Source: a virus. Taken from it: 11,143 nucleotides of DNA. The notes beneath the pieces were generated by a model, which worked only from the letters and a program-made list of their open reading frames with translations, was not told the origin of the DNA and ran no database searches. Below are positions 1 to 6,487 of the stretch, one piece after another; the stretch's first letter is position 1, and each line of letters opens with the position of its first letter. The stretch is taken from UHGV virus genome UHGV-0105484. One strand, 5' to 3'. The translations under genes were made by a program, and so were the position numbers.

Positions 1-720
1 GATATTCTTGCCGAACATGCAGCCTTTCGCTGTCAGCGACCAGAATTTTTTGATGTTGTTAATCGCGGTACGGCTGTATCGTTCGCGCTGCTCGACGATC
101 CCCAGCTTCACCATCTGGTGATATGCCTGATTAGCTGTCAGGTGGATACCATACTGCTTCAGCAGTGCACTCAGTGACAGCGTGGGGCGGCTTGAGCCAT
201 CAGGCGCGTCAGCAGGAGCATCAATGGCATAGCGCGGTGCCAGATTCGGTAAGCCAACAGCCTCCTGGAGTTTCTGACAGGCACCAAGCACTGAAGAGTT
301 AGACAGATTTAACTCCCTGCGCATAAAGTCCAGCAGAATCACACCAGCCTGCATCTTGTCAGCAGCCTGCCCGGATAATTTTTCCGGTGCGCTGGTTACC
401 ATATCGAAAGTACGGATCACCTTTAGATGGAATGACGGGCTGATCCACATTGCATAGGCATACACCAGTTCTTTGCAGACATACGTTCCCCGTTCATTTC
501 CCCCATGAATCACACTCACCGGGTCAACACCCAAATTCTGGGTGTTGGTCAATTCATGAACAAGTTCAACAGTTTGTTGGCTGGAAAGAAACTTTCCTGG
601 CTCCTTGGTTCTGGCATTTGCACCAGATGCTACTGCTGCGCGATGCAGATCGTTCAGGCTGTAACGTCCATAAGCATCACGACGAACTTCAATACCATCA
701 ATGACCATCAGATTATTCAT
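1..720 (-). CDS. KilA-N domain protein (antirepressor-like); C-terminus cut by window edge
   Basis: Minus-strand reading frame from ATG 720-718 runs to position 1 without a stop. N-terminus MNNLMVIDGIEVRRDAYGRYSLNDLHRAA... is typical of KilA-N/Bro-type phage proteins. SD GAGGAG about 10 nt upstream. Absent from the ORF track only because it runs off the edge. Confidence 0.75.
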   Translation of the reverse strand, partial: MNNLMVIDGIEVRRDAYGRYSLNDLHRAAVASGANARTKEPGKFLSSQQTVELVHELTNTQNLGVDPVSVIHGGNERGTYVCKELVYAYAMWISPSFHLKVIRTFDMVTSAPEKLSGQAADKMQAGVILLDFMRRELNLSNSSVLGACQKLQEAVGLPNLAPRYAIDAPADAPDGSSRPTLSLSALLKQYGIHLTANQAYHQMVKLGIVEQRERYSRTAINNIKKFWSLTAKGCMFGKNI

Positions 721-739
721 ACTTCGTTTCTCCTCTTGA

Positions 740-1129
740 TCAGGCGGCTGCACCCGCCGTTTTCTCGTACTTACTGATAGTGATCTCGACCTTCCCTTCC
801 GGGATAACCGGTCCCCACTCCACCAGCATTCTTTTCACCTGACTGTCGTCTTCCCACACCCCCGCGTGGGTCAGGGCGTCAAACAGCGCCTTGTTATAGT
901 TGTCCAGATCGCGGATCCTGTTATCCGGAGGAAACAACACGATCTCCACTGAAGCAGGTGCCGACGTTGGTTTCGGCAGACGACGTAACTGTTCAACTAT
1001 TGCTGCGCACGCCGCGCTCTGAAATTTTCGCCCCGCCGCGCTTATCAGGCTCTTACCTGCAAACGCCCCTTTGTTGGGGTGTCGCCAGTACGTGTTCACG
1101 CTGGGCGGGAAAGGCAGGATCAGCTTCAT
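740..1129 (-). CDS. rusA: RusA-family Holliday junction resolvase
   Basis: 129 aa; motifs LPFPPSVNTYWRH and RIRDLDNYNKALFDALTHAGVWEDDSQV align with RusA (LPWPPSNNRYYRH ... [28 protein letters not shown]). Start ATG overlaps the upstream stop (ATGA). Confidence 0.85.
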   Translation of the reverse strand: MKLILPFPPSVNTYWRHPNKGAFAGKSLISAAGRKFQSAACAAIVEQLRRLPKPTSAPASVEIVLFPPDNRIRDLDNYNKALFDALTHAGVWEDDSQVKRMLVEWGPVIPEGKVEITISKYEKTAGAAA

Positions 1130-1452
1130 ACTTTCAGGCCCCTCTTATGTAACCAGTGGGTTGCACGCAGCCTGGCGTTTTCCTCACCGGCAAGCAGTGA
1201 GCGGATAATCCCGACCGCCTCGCTGTCGTCGTCCTTCACCGCGGTATGAAGCGTGATGCCCCGGGCCACGCCACGCTTTATCGTGATGACGCCTTTTTTC
1301 TCCAGTGCGCGAAGATGCTCCACCGCTGCATTCACTGAACGGTATCCCAGCATGGTTGCCACCTCCTGATTGGTTGGCGGGAAGCCACGTTCTTTCTGAT
1401 AAGAAATCAGCATATCCAGCACCTGCTGCTGGCATTGAGTTAACGTCGTCAT
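1126..1452 (-). CDS. LexA N-terminal DNA-binding-domain protein (no S24 peptidase domain)
   Basis: 108 aa from ATG 1452 (the track's 1485 start is GTG). MTTLTQCQQQVLDMLISYQKERGFPPTNQEVATMLGYRSVNAAVEHLRALEKKGVITIKRGVARGITL aligns with the LexA DNA-binding domain ([69 protein letters not shown]). Start overlaps upstream stop (TAATG). Confidence 0.6.
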   Translation of the reverse strand: MTTLTQCQQQVLDMLISYQKERGFPPTNQEVATMLGYRSVNAAVEHLRALEKKGVITIKRGVARGITLHTAVKDDDSEAVGIIRSLLAGEENARLRATHWLHKRGLKV

Positions 1453-1940
1453 TACGCCCCCACGTAATTCCCTGACAGATACCACTCATCACTCGATACA
1501 GCGCGCTTGCTGCTTTTCCGTAAACACAGCTCACGACGCGCCAGAAATTTGTTTCGTTCTGGCTGGGAGTGGCTTTCACGGAATGCCGCCATCCACACGG
1601 TTGCAGCACGACGGTATAAGCCCCTGGACTCCAGTTCTTCAGCCTGGCGGGTCAGGCACAAAATCACCCGTGGATCGTTAGTGCCGACATAGAAATTGCG
1701 CACAGGTCTGGTTTCTCGAACTGGTTGTGGTTCTGGTTCCTGCGCTCTCTCAGTCAGGCGCGGGAAATGTCTGCGTGTATCTCCTTCACAACGGTGAGCC
1801 ACACGCCCACTCTGACGTAACTTGCTTGCAGACTGCAGAACGCGCTGCCGTGAGTAACCTGCAAAAGCATCCGCAATGTCTCCGGAAGTACACCCCGGAT
1901 GGGCTTCAATGAATTTCTGAACGTCATTTAACAGACTCAT
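1452..1940 (-). CDS. Hypothetical phage protein, N-terminal winged-helix-like region and C-terminal ANR/PerC-like motif
   Basis: 162 aa from ATG 1940 (track start 1946 is GTG). C-terminal segment LTRQAEELESRGLYRRAATVWMAAFRES...ERNKFLARRELCL resembles the small ANR/PerC regulator pattern. Tightly packed between the replication gene and the LexA-like gene. Confidence 0.45.
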   Translation of the reverse strand: MSLLNDVQKFIEAHPGCTSGDIADAFAGYSRQRVLQSASKLRQSGRVAHRCEGDTRRHFPRLTERAQEPEPQPVRETRPVRNFYVGTNDPRVILCLTRQAEELESRGLYRRAATVWMAAFRESHSQPERNKFLARRELCLRKSSKRAVSSDEWYLSGNYVGA

Positions 1941-1942
1941 GA

Positions 1943-2884
1943 TCACCCTCTGAATCCTGCCGGGATCTGGCTGTAGTCCACGTTGTCGTAACTGGCTTTG
2001 AAGTACGGGTCCTCGCGTTTTTCGGTGTACGTGCTGACGGACGGCGATAAGCGCAGGGAAAGCTCATCCCATTTTTCCCGCAGCTTCGACGGGCTGAGCA
2101 CGTTACGGCACCAGAACGGATCGCGGCTGACGCGGCTGTACATCTCGCAGATTTGTTTGTGAGTACGCCCATCCTGTACACACATCAGGCGAATTTCGTT
2201 TGCCCAGGCTGTCCAGTTCGGTTCTTTGGGACGAACCACCTCGCCGTCACATTCGGCAGCCTGCTCGTACAGGGCGATGATTTTTTTCCAGAGCCACTGT
2301 GCGCAGGTCAAATCATCCTGCGTCCCCCACTGGCGCTTTTTAGGGCTGAATACAACCGCATTAGGATGGCGAGTTAAAAAATCCTGTTCAGCCGTCTGCG
2401 TGTCCGGTTGCGAAGCGTCCGGACGAGAAGGTTTTTTATCTGACGGATCATGTTTTGATTTTACTGACGGATCCCCGCCAGATTCTGACGGGTGAAAACC
2501 CGCTTTTTTGCCAGATTTCGACGCATCAAATTTTGACGGGTCAGATTTTGATGCGTCAGATTTTGACGGGTCAGAATCTGACAGTTGAGAAAATGCCGCT
2601 GCCTGAAGCTTCGCAACGTTAAGCTGATAAACATTCGACGCATTGCGGTTACCCTGGCGACGCGCCTTACGCGTTAACCAGCCTTCTGCTTCCAGCCGTG
2701 CGATAGCCGTTCTGACGGTACTCATCCCCGCGCCAATCTGACGGGCAATGGTTTCAATTGATGGCCAGCACACACCTTCGTCATTACTGAAATCAGCCAG
2801 GCGGGCCATAATTGCCACGCTGGATAACTTCATGCCTGATGCAGCGCAACCATCCCATACATAGCCGGTTAATTTAGTGCTCAT
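1943..2884 (-). CDS. Phage replication initiator (lambda O-like; N-terminal HTH, acidic Ser/Asp/Lys repeat linker)
   Basis: 313 aa; SD AGAGG 7 nt upstream of ATG 2884. N-terminus VWDGCAASGMKLSSVAIMARLADFSNDEGVCWPSIETIARQIGAGMSTVRTAIARLEAEGWL is a replication-initiator type HTH. The central SDSDPSKSDASKSDPSKFDASKS repeat is encoded by tandem DNA iterons. Sits after the cII-like gene as O does in lambda. Confidence 0.75.
   Translation of the reverse strand: MSTKLTGYVWDGCAASGMKLSSVAIMARLADFSNDEGVCWPSIETIARQIGAGMSTVRTAIARLEAEGWLTRKARRQGNRNASNVYQLNVAKLQAAAFSQLSDSDPSKSDASKSDPSKFDASKSGKKAGFHPSESGGDPSVKSKHDPSDKKPSRPDASQPDTQTAEQDFLTRHPNAVVFSPKKRQWGTQDDLTCAQWLWKKIIALYEQAAECDGEVVRPKEPNWTAWANEIRLMCVQDGRTHKQICEMYSRVSRDPFWCRNVLSPSKLREKWDELSLRLSPSVSTYTEKREDPYFKASYDNVDYSQIPAGFRG
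2438..2590. repeat. Iteron array inside the replication initiator gene (candidate phage origin of replication)
   Basis: About 8 copies of core TGACGGRTC. 2516-2590 holds five tandem 15-bp units (tttcgacgcatcaaa / ttttgacgggtcaga / ttttgatgcgtcaga / ttttgacgggtcaga / atctgacagttgaga); further copies at about 2441, 2465 and 2485. Units have internal dyad symmetry (tctgac..gtcaga). Analogous to lambda ori iterons inside gene O. Confidence 0.6.
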
Positions 2885-2893
2885 GACCGACCT

Positions 2894-3232
2894 CTATTTC
2901 CCTGAATTTACGACGAAACTGTTCGAGCGGACTGAAGCATTCATGCTCATAACCTTCGCGGAGGTAGATAACCCGTTGTGTTTCCGGCTCCCAACGAATG
3001 ACTCTGACGGGCACTCCGTAGTGATCTTTGAACCAGCGGTTAACTTGTCGCAAAGGACTGTCTCCTTCTGCCGGTTGAAATCACCCACAGCCCACTCTGC
3101 AAAGCTGTGGGTTACAATTTCCCTGTCACCTGGTACATTCACTGCATAGCAATATTCCACCTTCGCTTTTCCACCCGGTAAAGGAAGCGCAATCAGTTGC
3201 GAGCGACGGTAGTGTGTTGTTAAACTGTTCAT
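2894..3232 (-). CDS. Hypothetical protein (uncertain ORF between cII-like and replication genes)
   Basis: 112-aa ORF whose ATG (3232-3230) overlaps the upstream stop (ATGA). Composition is not strongly protein-like and no recognisable motif; kept at low confidence. Confidence 0.3.
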   Translation of the reverse strand: MNSLTTHYRRSQLIALPLPGGKAKVEYCYAVNVPGDREIVTHSFAEWAVGDFNRQKETVLCDKLTAGSKITTECPSESFVGSRKHNGLSTSAKVMSMNASVRSNSFVVNSGK

Positions 3233-3798
3233 GCGTTAGTTTCTCCACAACCAGAAGCAATCGACGCCACGACGCCCGGAGCTGCACACTCGCGGGCGTC
3301 ATTACTTTCTGAAATGCAAAAAATTTTGTAGACAAGTGCTGCATGCTCCTGCAGCTTCGAAATTGAGAGATACAGCTCGTCGTTAATTGCTGTCTTCTCA
3401 TGCGGTTCCACTACACCGTCTTCGATTGCTGAACGAATCTGTTTTGAATAACTGCCGATCTGTTCAATGACTTCCAGCAGACGCTGGTTAATATCGGCGT
3501 TGTCCACATCCTCGACGTCAGGAAGAGACACAAAGACGCCATTTGCAGACTGCGCCACAGCATCAGCAATGAAGTGAGTGCCACCAGCACGCTGTAAAAC
3601 CATTGCCCATCCCAGCGGGAAAATCTGATCGCCATCTGCACGAAGGCGGTTGAATAAAGCGTTTTCTGTTACATCGAGCCAGTCAGCCGCTTCAGCGTAA
3701 CCACCCGGCAACGCCGCGATAGTTTTTCTGACAGCTTTCACGTACCACTCAGGCTGTTTTTCTATTTTCCAGTGATGCTTACCCACGATTAGCCTCAT
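3229..3798 (-). CDS. CII-like phage regulatory protein
   Basis: 189-aa ORF immediately downstream of the cro-like gene on the same strand, the lambda cII position. ATG 3798 lacks an SD; an in-frame GTG 12 nt downstream is preceded by GAGG and may be the true start. Family assignment by position and general resemblance only. Confidence 0.5.
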   Translation of the reverse strand: MRLIVGKHHWKIEKQPEWYVKAVRKTIAALPGGYAEAADWLDVTENALFNRLRADGDQIFPLGWAMVLQRAGGTHFIADAVAQSANGVFVSLPDVEDVDNADINQRLLEVIEQIGSYSKQIRSAIEDGVVEPHEKTAINDELYLSISKLQEHAALVYKIFCISESNDARECAAPGVVASIASGCGETNA

Positions 3799-3829
3799 CG
3801 TTCTGTGGTTAAAAATTGAAAGTGTTCTG

Positions 3830-4030
3830 CTAATCTTTCGGATAGATATCCGGTCTTAAGTCAGATTTCGTAATTGCACCTGACGTGCATTGCTCAAGTT
3901 TTTTAGCCAGCACAAAACTGGCTTTTTTATAGCCATTGAAAACCAGCCGTAAGTAGCCAGATGTTGAGCCAACTTTTCCGGCCAACTCGCCCTGCTGTTC
4001 TTTGGTTAAAGAGTCCCAATACGCTTTCAT
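3830..4030 (-). CDS. Cro-like HTH regulator (YdaS/Cro type)
   Basis: 66 aa from ATG 4030, with strong SD GGAGG 11 nt upstream. MKAYWDSLTKEQQGELAGKVGSTSGYLRLVFNGYKKASFVLAKKLEQCTSGAITKSDLRPD has an HTH pattern. Divergent from the cI-like gene. The track's longer 167-aa ORF is an upstream extension without support. Confidence 0.6.
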   Translation of the reverse strand: MKAYWDSLTKEQQGELAGKVGSTSGYLRLVFNGYKKASFVLAKKLEQCTSGAITKSDLRPDIYPKD

Positions 4031-4120
4031 ACAATATGTACCTCCGGTGTACATATTACATGATTGAAATGAACCTTCAAGATACTTGTACCTTAACGGT
4101 ACAAGAGTTTTAATTTCGTT
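4031..4120. promoter_or_regulatory. Immunity switch region: divergent promoters and palindromic operators between cro-like and cI-like genes
   Basis: Two dyad sites share a GTACC/GGTAC core: 4034-4056 (atatgtac-ctccggt-gtacatat) and 4085-4105 (cttgtacc-ttaac-ggtacaag). Minus-strand candidate promoter TTGAAG-16-TAATAT precedes cro. Plus-strand candidate TTGTAC-17-TTTAAT ends about 7 nt before the cI ATG, which has no SD, suggesting a leaderless cI transcript as at lambda pRM. Confidence 0.5.
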
Positions 4121-4795
4121 ATGAAAACAATCCATGACATCCGGCGGTCTAACGCCAGAAAACTGAGAGATGGTGTTGGCGGGAATTCTTCCTTTGCCAC
4201 TATGATTGATCGCGAGCCAACCCAGACCAGCAGGTTTATGGGAGATGGTGCTACTAAAAATATCGGTGACAGCATGGCACGACACATCGAAAAATGTTTC
4301 GACCTGCCTGTCGGATGGCTCGATCAAGAACACCAGACAACGAACATCACAAAAAAACCTGATGTTTCAATCACTAATAAACAAATCACATTAGTCCCTG
4401 TCATATCATGGGTACAGGCCGGAGCATGGAAAGAAGTTGGATATTCTGAGGTTGATTTGAGCACAGCAGAAACGTATCCCTGCCCTGTACCCTGTGGGGA
4501 AATGACTTATATCTTGCGGGTGATAGGTGATTCAATGATTGATGAGTACCGCCCGGGAGACATGATTTTTGTCGATCCTGAAGTACCTGCCTGCCACGGT
4601 GACGACGTTATTGCATTGATGCACGATACAGGTGAAACCACCTTCAAAAGGTTGATAGAAGATGGGACACAGCGTTATCTCAAAGCGTTAAACCCAAACT
4701 GGCCTGAGCCTTACATTAAGATCAACGGTAATTGCTCTATAATTGGTACAGTGATTTTCTCAGGAAAACCAAGAAGATACAAAATCAAAGCCTAA
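4121..4795 (+). CDS. CI-like prophage repressor, HTH plus S24 (LexA-like) autopeptidase domain
   Basis: 224 aa; N-terminal HTH region; candidate Ala-Gly cleavage site (VQAGAW); catalytic Ser in GDSM and Lys in FKRL. Divergently arranged with the cro-like gene. Confidence 0.85.
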   Translation: MKTIHDIRRSNARKLRDGVGGNSSFATMIDREPTQTSRFMGDGATKNIGDSMARHIEKCFDLPVGWLDQEHQTTNITKKPDVSITNKQITLVPVISWVQAGAWKEVGYSEVDLSTAETYPCPVPCGEMTYILRVIGDSMIDEYRPGDMIFVDPEVPACHGDDVIALMHDTGETTFKRLIEDGTQRYLKALNPNWPEPYIKINGNCSIIGTVIFSGKPRRYKIKA

Positions 4796-4807
4796 TCAAT
4801 GTTTATG

Positions 4808-4831
4808 AACCTGCTTCGGCAGGTTTTTTTA
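4808..4831 (+). terminator. Rho-independent terminator downstream of cI
   Basis: Stem aacctgc / gcaggtt with loop ttcg, followed by a run of 7 T (4824-4830), 13 nt after the cI stop. Confidence 0.6.
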
Positions 4832-4834
4832 TAC

Positions 4835-4862
4835 TTGACAATGTACCTTTGAGATACATAAT
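4835..4862 (+). promoter_or_regulatory. Candidate pL-like sigma70 promoter flanked by operator-like half-sites
   Basis: TTGACA (4835-4840), 16-bp spacer, cATAAT (4857-4862). TGTACC motifs at 4842-4847 and 4862-4867 match the operator half-site seen in the cI/cro intergenic region. Confidence 0.45.
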
Positions 4863-5029
4863 GTACCCAAGCGAAACAACGAACAGGCAGGACGCCCACG
4901 AAGTAGCCGCCTGGGGCATATGAAGTCCAGGATGATTCGTTAGCAACAAAAAAGCGCTCTAAAGGACGCTTCGCTCTTTGACAATCTGGTCCCCATCAAC
5001 AAGTAACTGATAACTTGAGGAGGTGTGAA

Positions 5030-5236
5030 ATGCACAAAACAGAACCAAAAATCGTCGCACCCGGATACACAAATGAGGAAATTTACGAGTGGATGGCAAA
5101 GAAGCTGGCAGCTATAAACCAGCTTCGTGAAGTGCTGTCTTATCGACAGGAAACAATAGACTCCTTAAAAAAACTGGATCAGGAAATCACGGTTTTATCA
5201 CAGGATGTTACTTTAGATATTGTGCAGACAAATTAG
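5030..5236 (+). CDS. Hypothetical small acidic protein (68 aa), first ORF of the pL-like operon
   Basis: ATG 5030 with strong SD GAGGAGG 7 nt upstream (the track's 5015 start is TTG). No recognisable domain; not arginine-rich, so not an N-like antiterminator. Confidence 0.45.
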   Translation: MHKTEPKIVAPGYTNEEIYEWMAKKLAAINQLREVLSYRQETIDSLKKLDQEITVLSQDVTLDIVQTN

Positions 5237-5642
5237 GATCCCATTCATTTTCGTCAAAATCATCAAAGTGATGAATTTGTGATCTCCAGTCTCGATAATC
5301 TAAAAATTTCTGGGCGGTTACGCTTATTTTATCAAGCGTGAGTTCATCCTGAATTGAAAGAAGAAGTTCATCAAATTTCATCTCATTAATCTGTTTTGGC
5401 ATCCAGTGATGCTTCATCAGAATAAGGTGAACCAGAGCTTTTTTCCCATTCAACTGATTATAGGGAGTGCCGAATTTCTTCCGGTGCTCATGTAAGACAA
5501 GGTCCAGAAGAGTAAGTAATGTTGCCCTTGATTCAACTTTGCTTATTTCGACTGATGACACTACCCCACTGATTTCAATGCCCCGATACTTTCCAACATT
5601 TTCACAGTGGGATTTGTACAGCGTATAGATATTACCGGACAT
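5208..5642 (-). CDS. Hypothetical protein (144 aa), AT-rich accessory gene convergent with the 68-aa ORF
   Basis: ATG 5642 with SD AAGGA about 7 nt upstream. Soluble, no recognised motif. AT-rich relative to flanks. Its 3' end overlaps the 68-aa ORF by 29 bp. Confidence 0.5.
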   Translation of the reverse strand: MSGNIYTLYKSHCENVGKYRGIEISGVVSSVEISKVESRATLLTLLDLVLHEHRKKFGTPYNQLNGKKALVHLILMKHHWMPKQINEMKFDELLLSIQDELTLDKISVTAQKFLDYRDWRSQIHHFDDFDENEWDPNLSAQYLK

Positions 5643-5657
5643 TTCTTTTCCTTTTGC

Positions 5658-5709
5658 GTTGTTGGGGATAACCAGATTAACCGAATCCTTGTTGTTGGGG
5701 AATAACCAG
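5658..5709. repeat. Two direct repeats (18/19 bp) upstream of the 144-aa gene
   Basis: gttgttggggataaccag (5658-5675) and gttgttggggaataaccag (5691-5709), identical except for one inserted A, 33 bp apart, just upstream of the minus-strand SD/ATG at 5642. Confidence 0.55.
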
Positions 5710-6059
5710 GTCCACCTCGCCTGATGTGGCTAAAAGCAGGCACATAACAGCTAAGTATTTTCAACCAGAGAGAATTCTTAGCGTTGTGGTGAATGCGGCT
5801 CAGCGCACGCGGGTTAAGGTTGAGGCTGACAGTCGACCTTCTGTGGATACCCACCCGCCTGGTGTGCAACCTTCGCCAGGCACCGGGAGGCACCCGGCAC
5901 CACAACTTTATGCTGTGTTTTTACAAAACAGAGAAGAGCATCACCGGACGACGGGCTCATAACCCAATCCATCCGGGCGGCTGCCACCGCAGGTGTTCTT
6001 CTCTATTTTGTGGAGAAACTAATCGGCCTTGCAGGGTCGATATGATGAGGAGCAGCAAA

Positions 6060-6422
6060 ATGGCTAGCGAACGCAGTACTGATGTGCAGGCATTTATCGG
6101 GGAGCTGGACGGCGGCGTATTTGAAACCAAAATCGGCGCAGTTCTCAGTGAAGTCGCTTCCGGTGTGATGAACACGAAAACCAAAGGTAAGGTCTCGCTC
6201 AACCTGGAAATCGAACCGTTTGATGAGAACCGTGTGAAAATCAAACACAAACTCTCATATGTTCGCCCGACTAACCGCGGGAAAATTTCCGAAGAAGACA
6301 CCACCGAAACGCCGATGTATGTCAATCGCGGTGGTCGCCTGACTATTCTGCAGGAAGACCAGGGACAATTACTGACTCTTGCCGGTGAACCTGACGGAAA
6401 ACTCCGCGCAGCAGGTCATTAA
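6060..6422 (+). CDS. yfdP: YfdP-like phage protein (120 aa)
   Basis: ATG 6060 with SD GAGGAG 8 nt upstream. Length and position immediately upstream of the yfdQ- and yfdR-like genes match the CPS-53 yfdP-yfdQ-yfdR order. The track's 209-aa ORF is a non-protein-like 5' extension. Confidence 0.55.
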   Translation: MASERSTDVQAFIGELDGGVFETKIGAVLSEVASGVMNTKTKGKVSLNLEIEPFDENRVKIKHKLSYVRPTNRGKISEEDTTETPMYVNRGGRLTILQEDQGQLLTLAGEPDGKLRAAGH

Positions 6423-6487
6423 TATCGTTCTTAATTAACTGATTATTTATCTCATCACTGAATATCTTTATATAGTGAGGACTTATT

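Noticed and set aside
450-777. Plus-strand ORFs 450..704 and 505..777
   Set aside because: They lie antisense within the KilA-N domain gene, which has a clear family-typical N-terminus and SD on the minus strand; no SD and no protein-like composition.
1184-1609. Minus-strand 141-aa ORF overlapping the LexA-like and 162-aa genes
   Set aside because: Alternative frame across two better-supported coupled genes; Arg/Gly-rich low-complexity translation typical of an off-frame read of GC-rich coding DNA.
2438-2590. Possible CRISPR array suggested by short tandem repeats
   Set aside because: Repeat units are contiguous 15-bp iterons with no intervening unique spacers and lie inside a continuous reading frame; this fits replication-origin iterons, not CRISPR.
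3083-3112. Perfect 9-bp inverted repeat (acccacagc..gctgtgggt) as a terminator or oop-like element
   Set aside because: No U-rich tail on either strand and it sits inside the candidate 112-aa ORF; cannot be distinguished from chance dyad symmetry.
2877-3149. Plus-strand 90-aa ORF
   Set aside because: Antisense to the replication gene start and the coupled 112-aa ORF; no SD; direction opposite to the surrounding operon.
3830-4333. 167-aa minus-strand ORF as the full-length cro-like gene
   Set aside because: The extension overlaps the cI start and the operator region; the internal ATG at 4030 has a strong GGAGG SD and gives a Cro-sized 66-aa protein.
5561-6059. ORFs 5561..5905 (minus), 5726..5962 (plus) and the 5' extension of the 5793..6422 ORF
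   Set aside because: Mutually overlapping, Arg/Pro/Gly-rich translations with no SD or recognisable motif, in a region better explained as non-coding; the yfdP-like gene starts at 6060 with a good SD.
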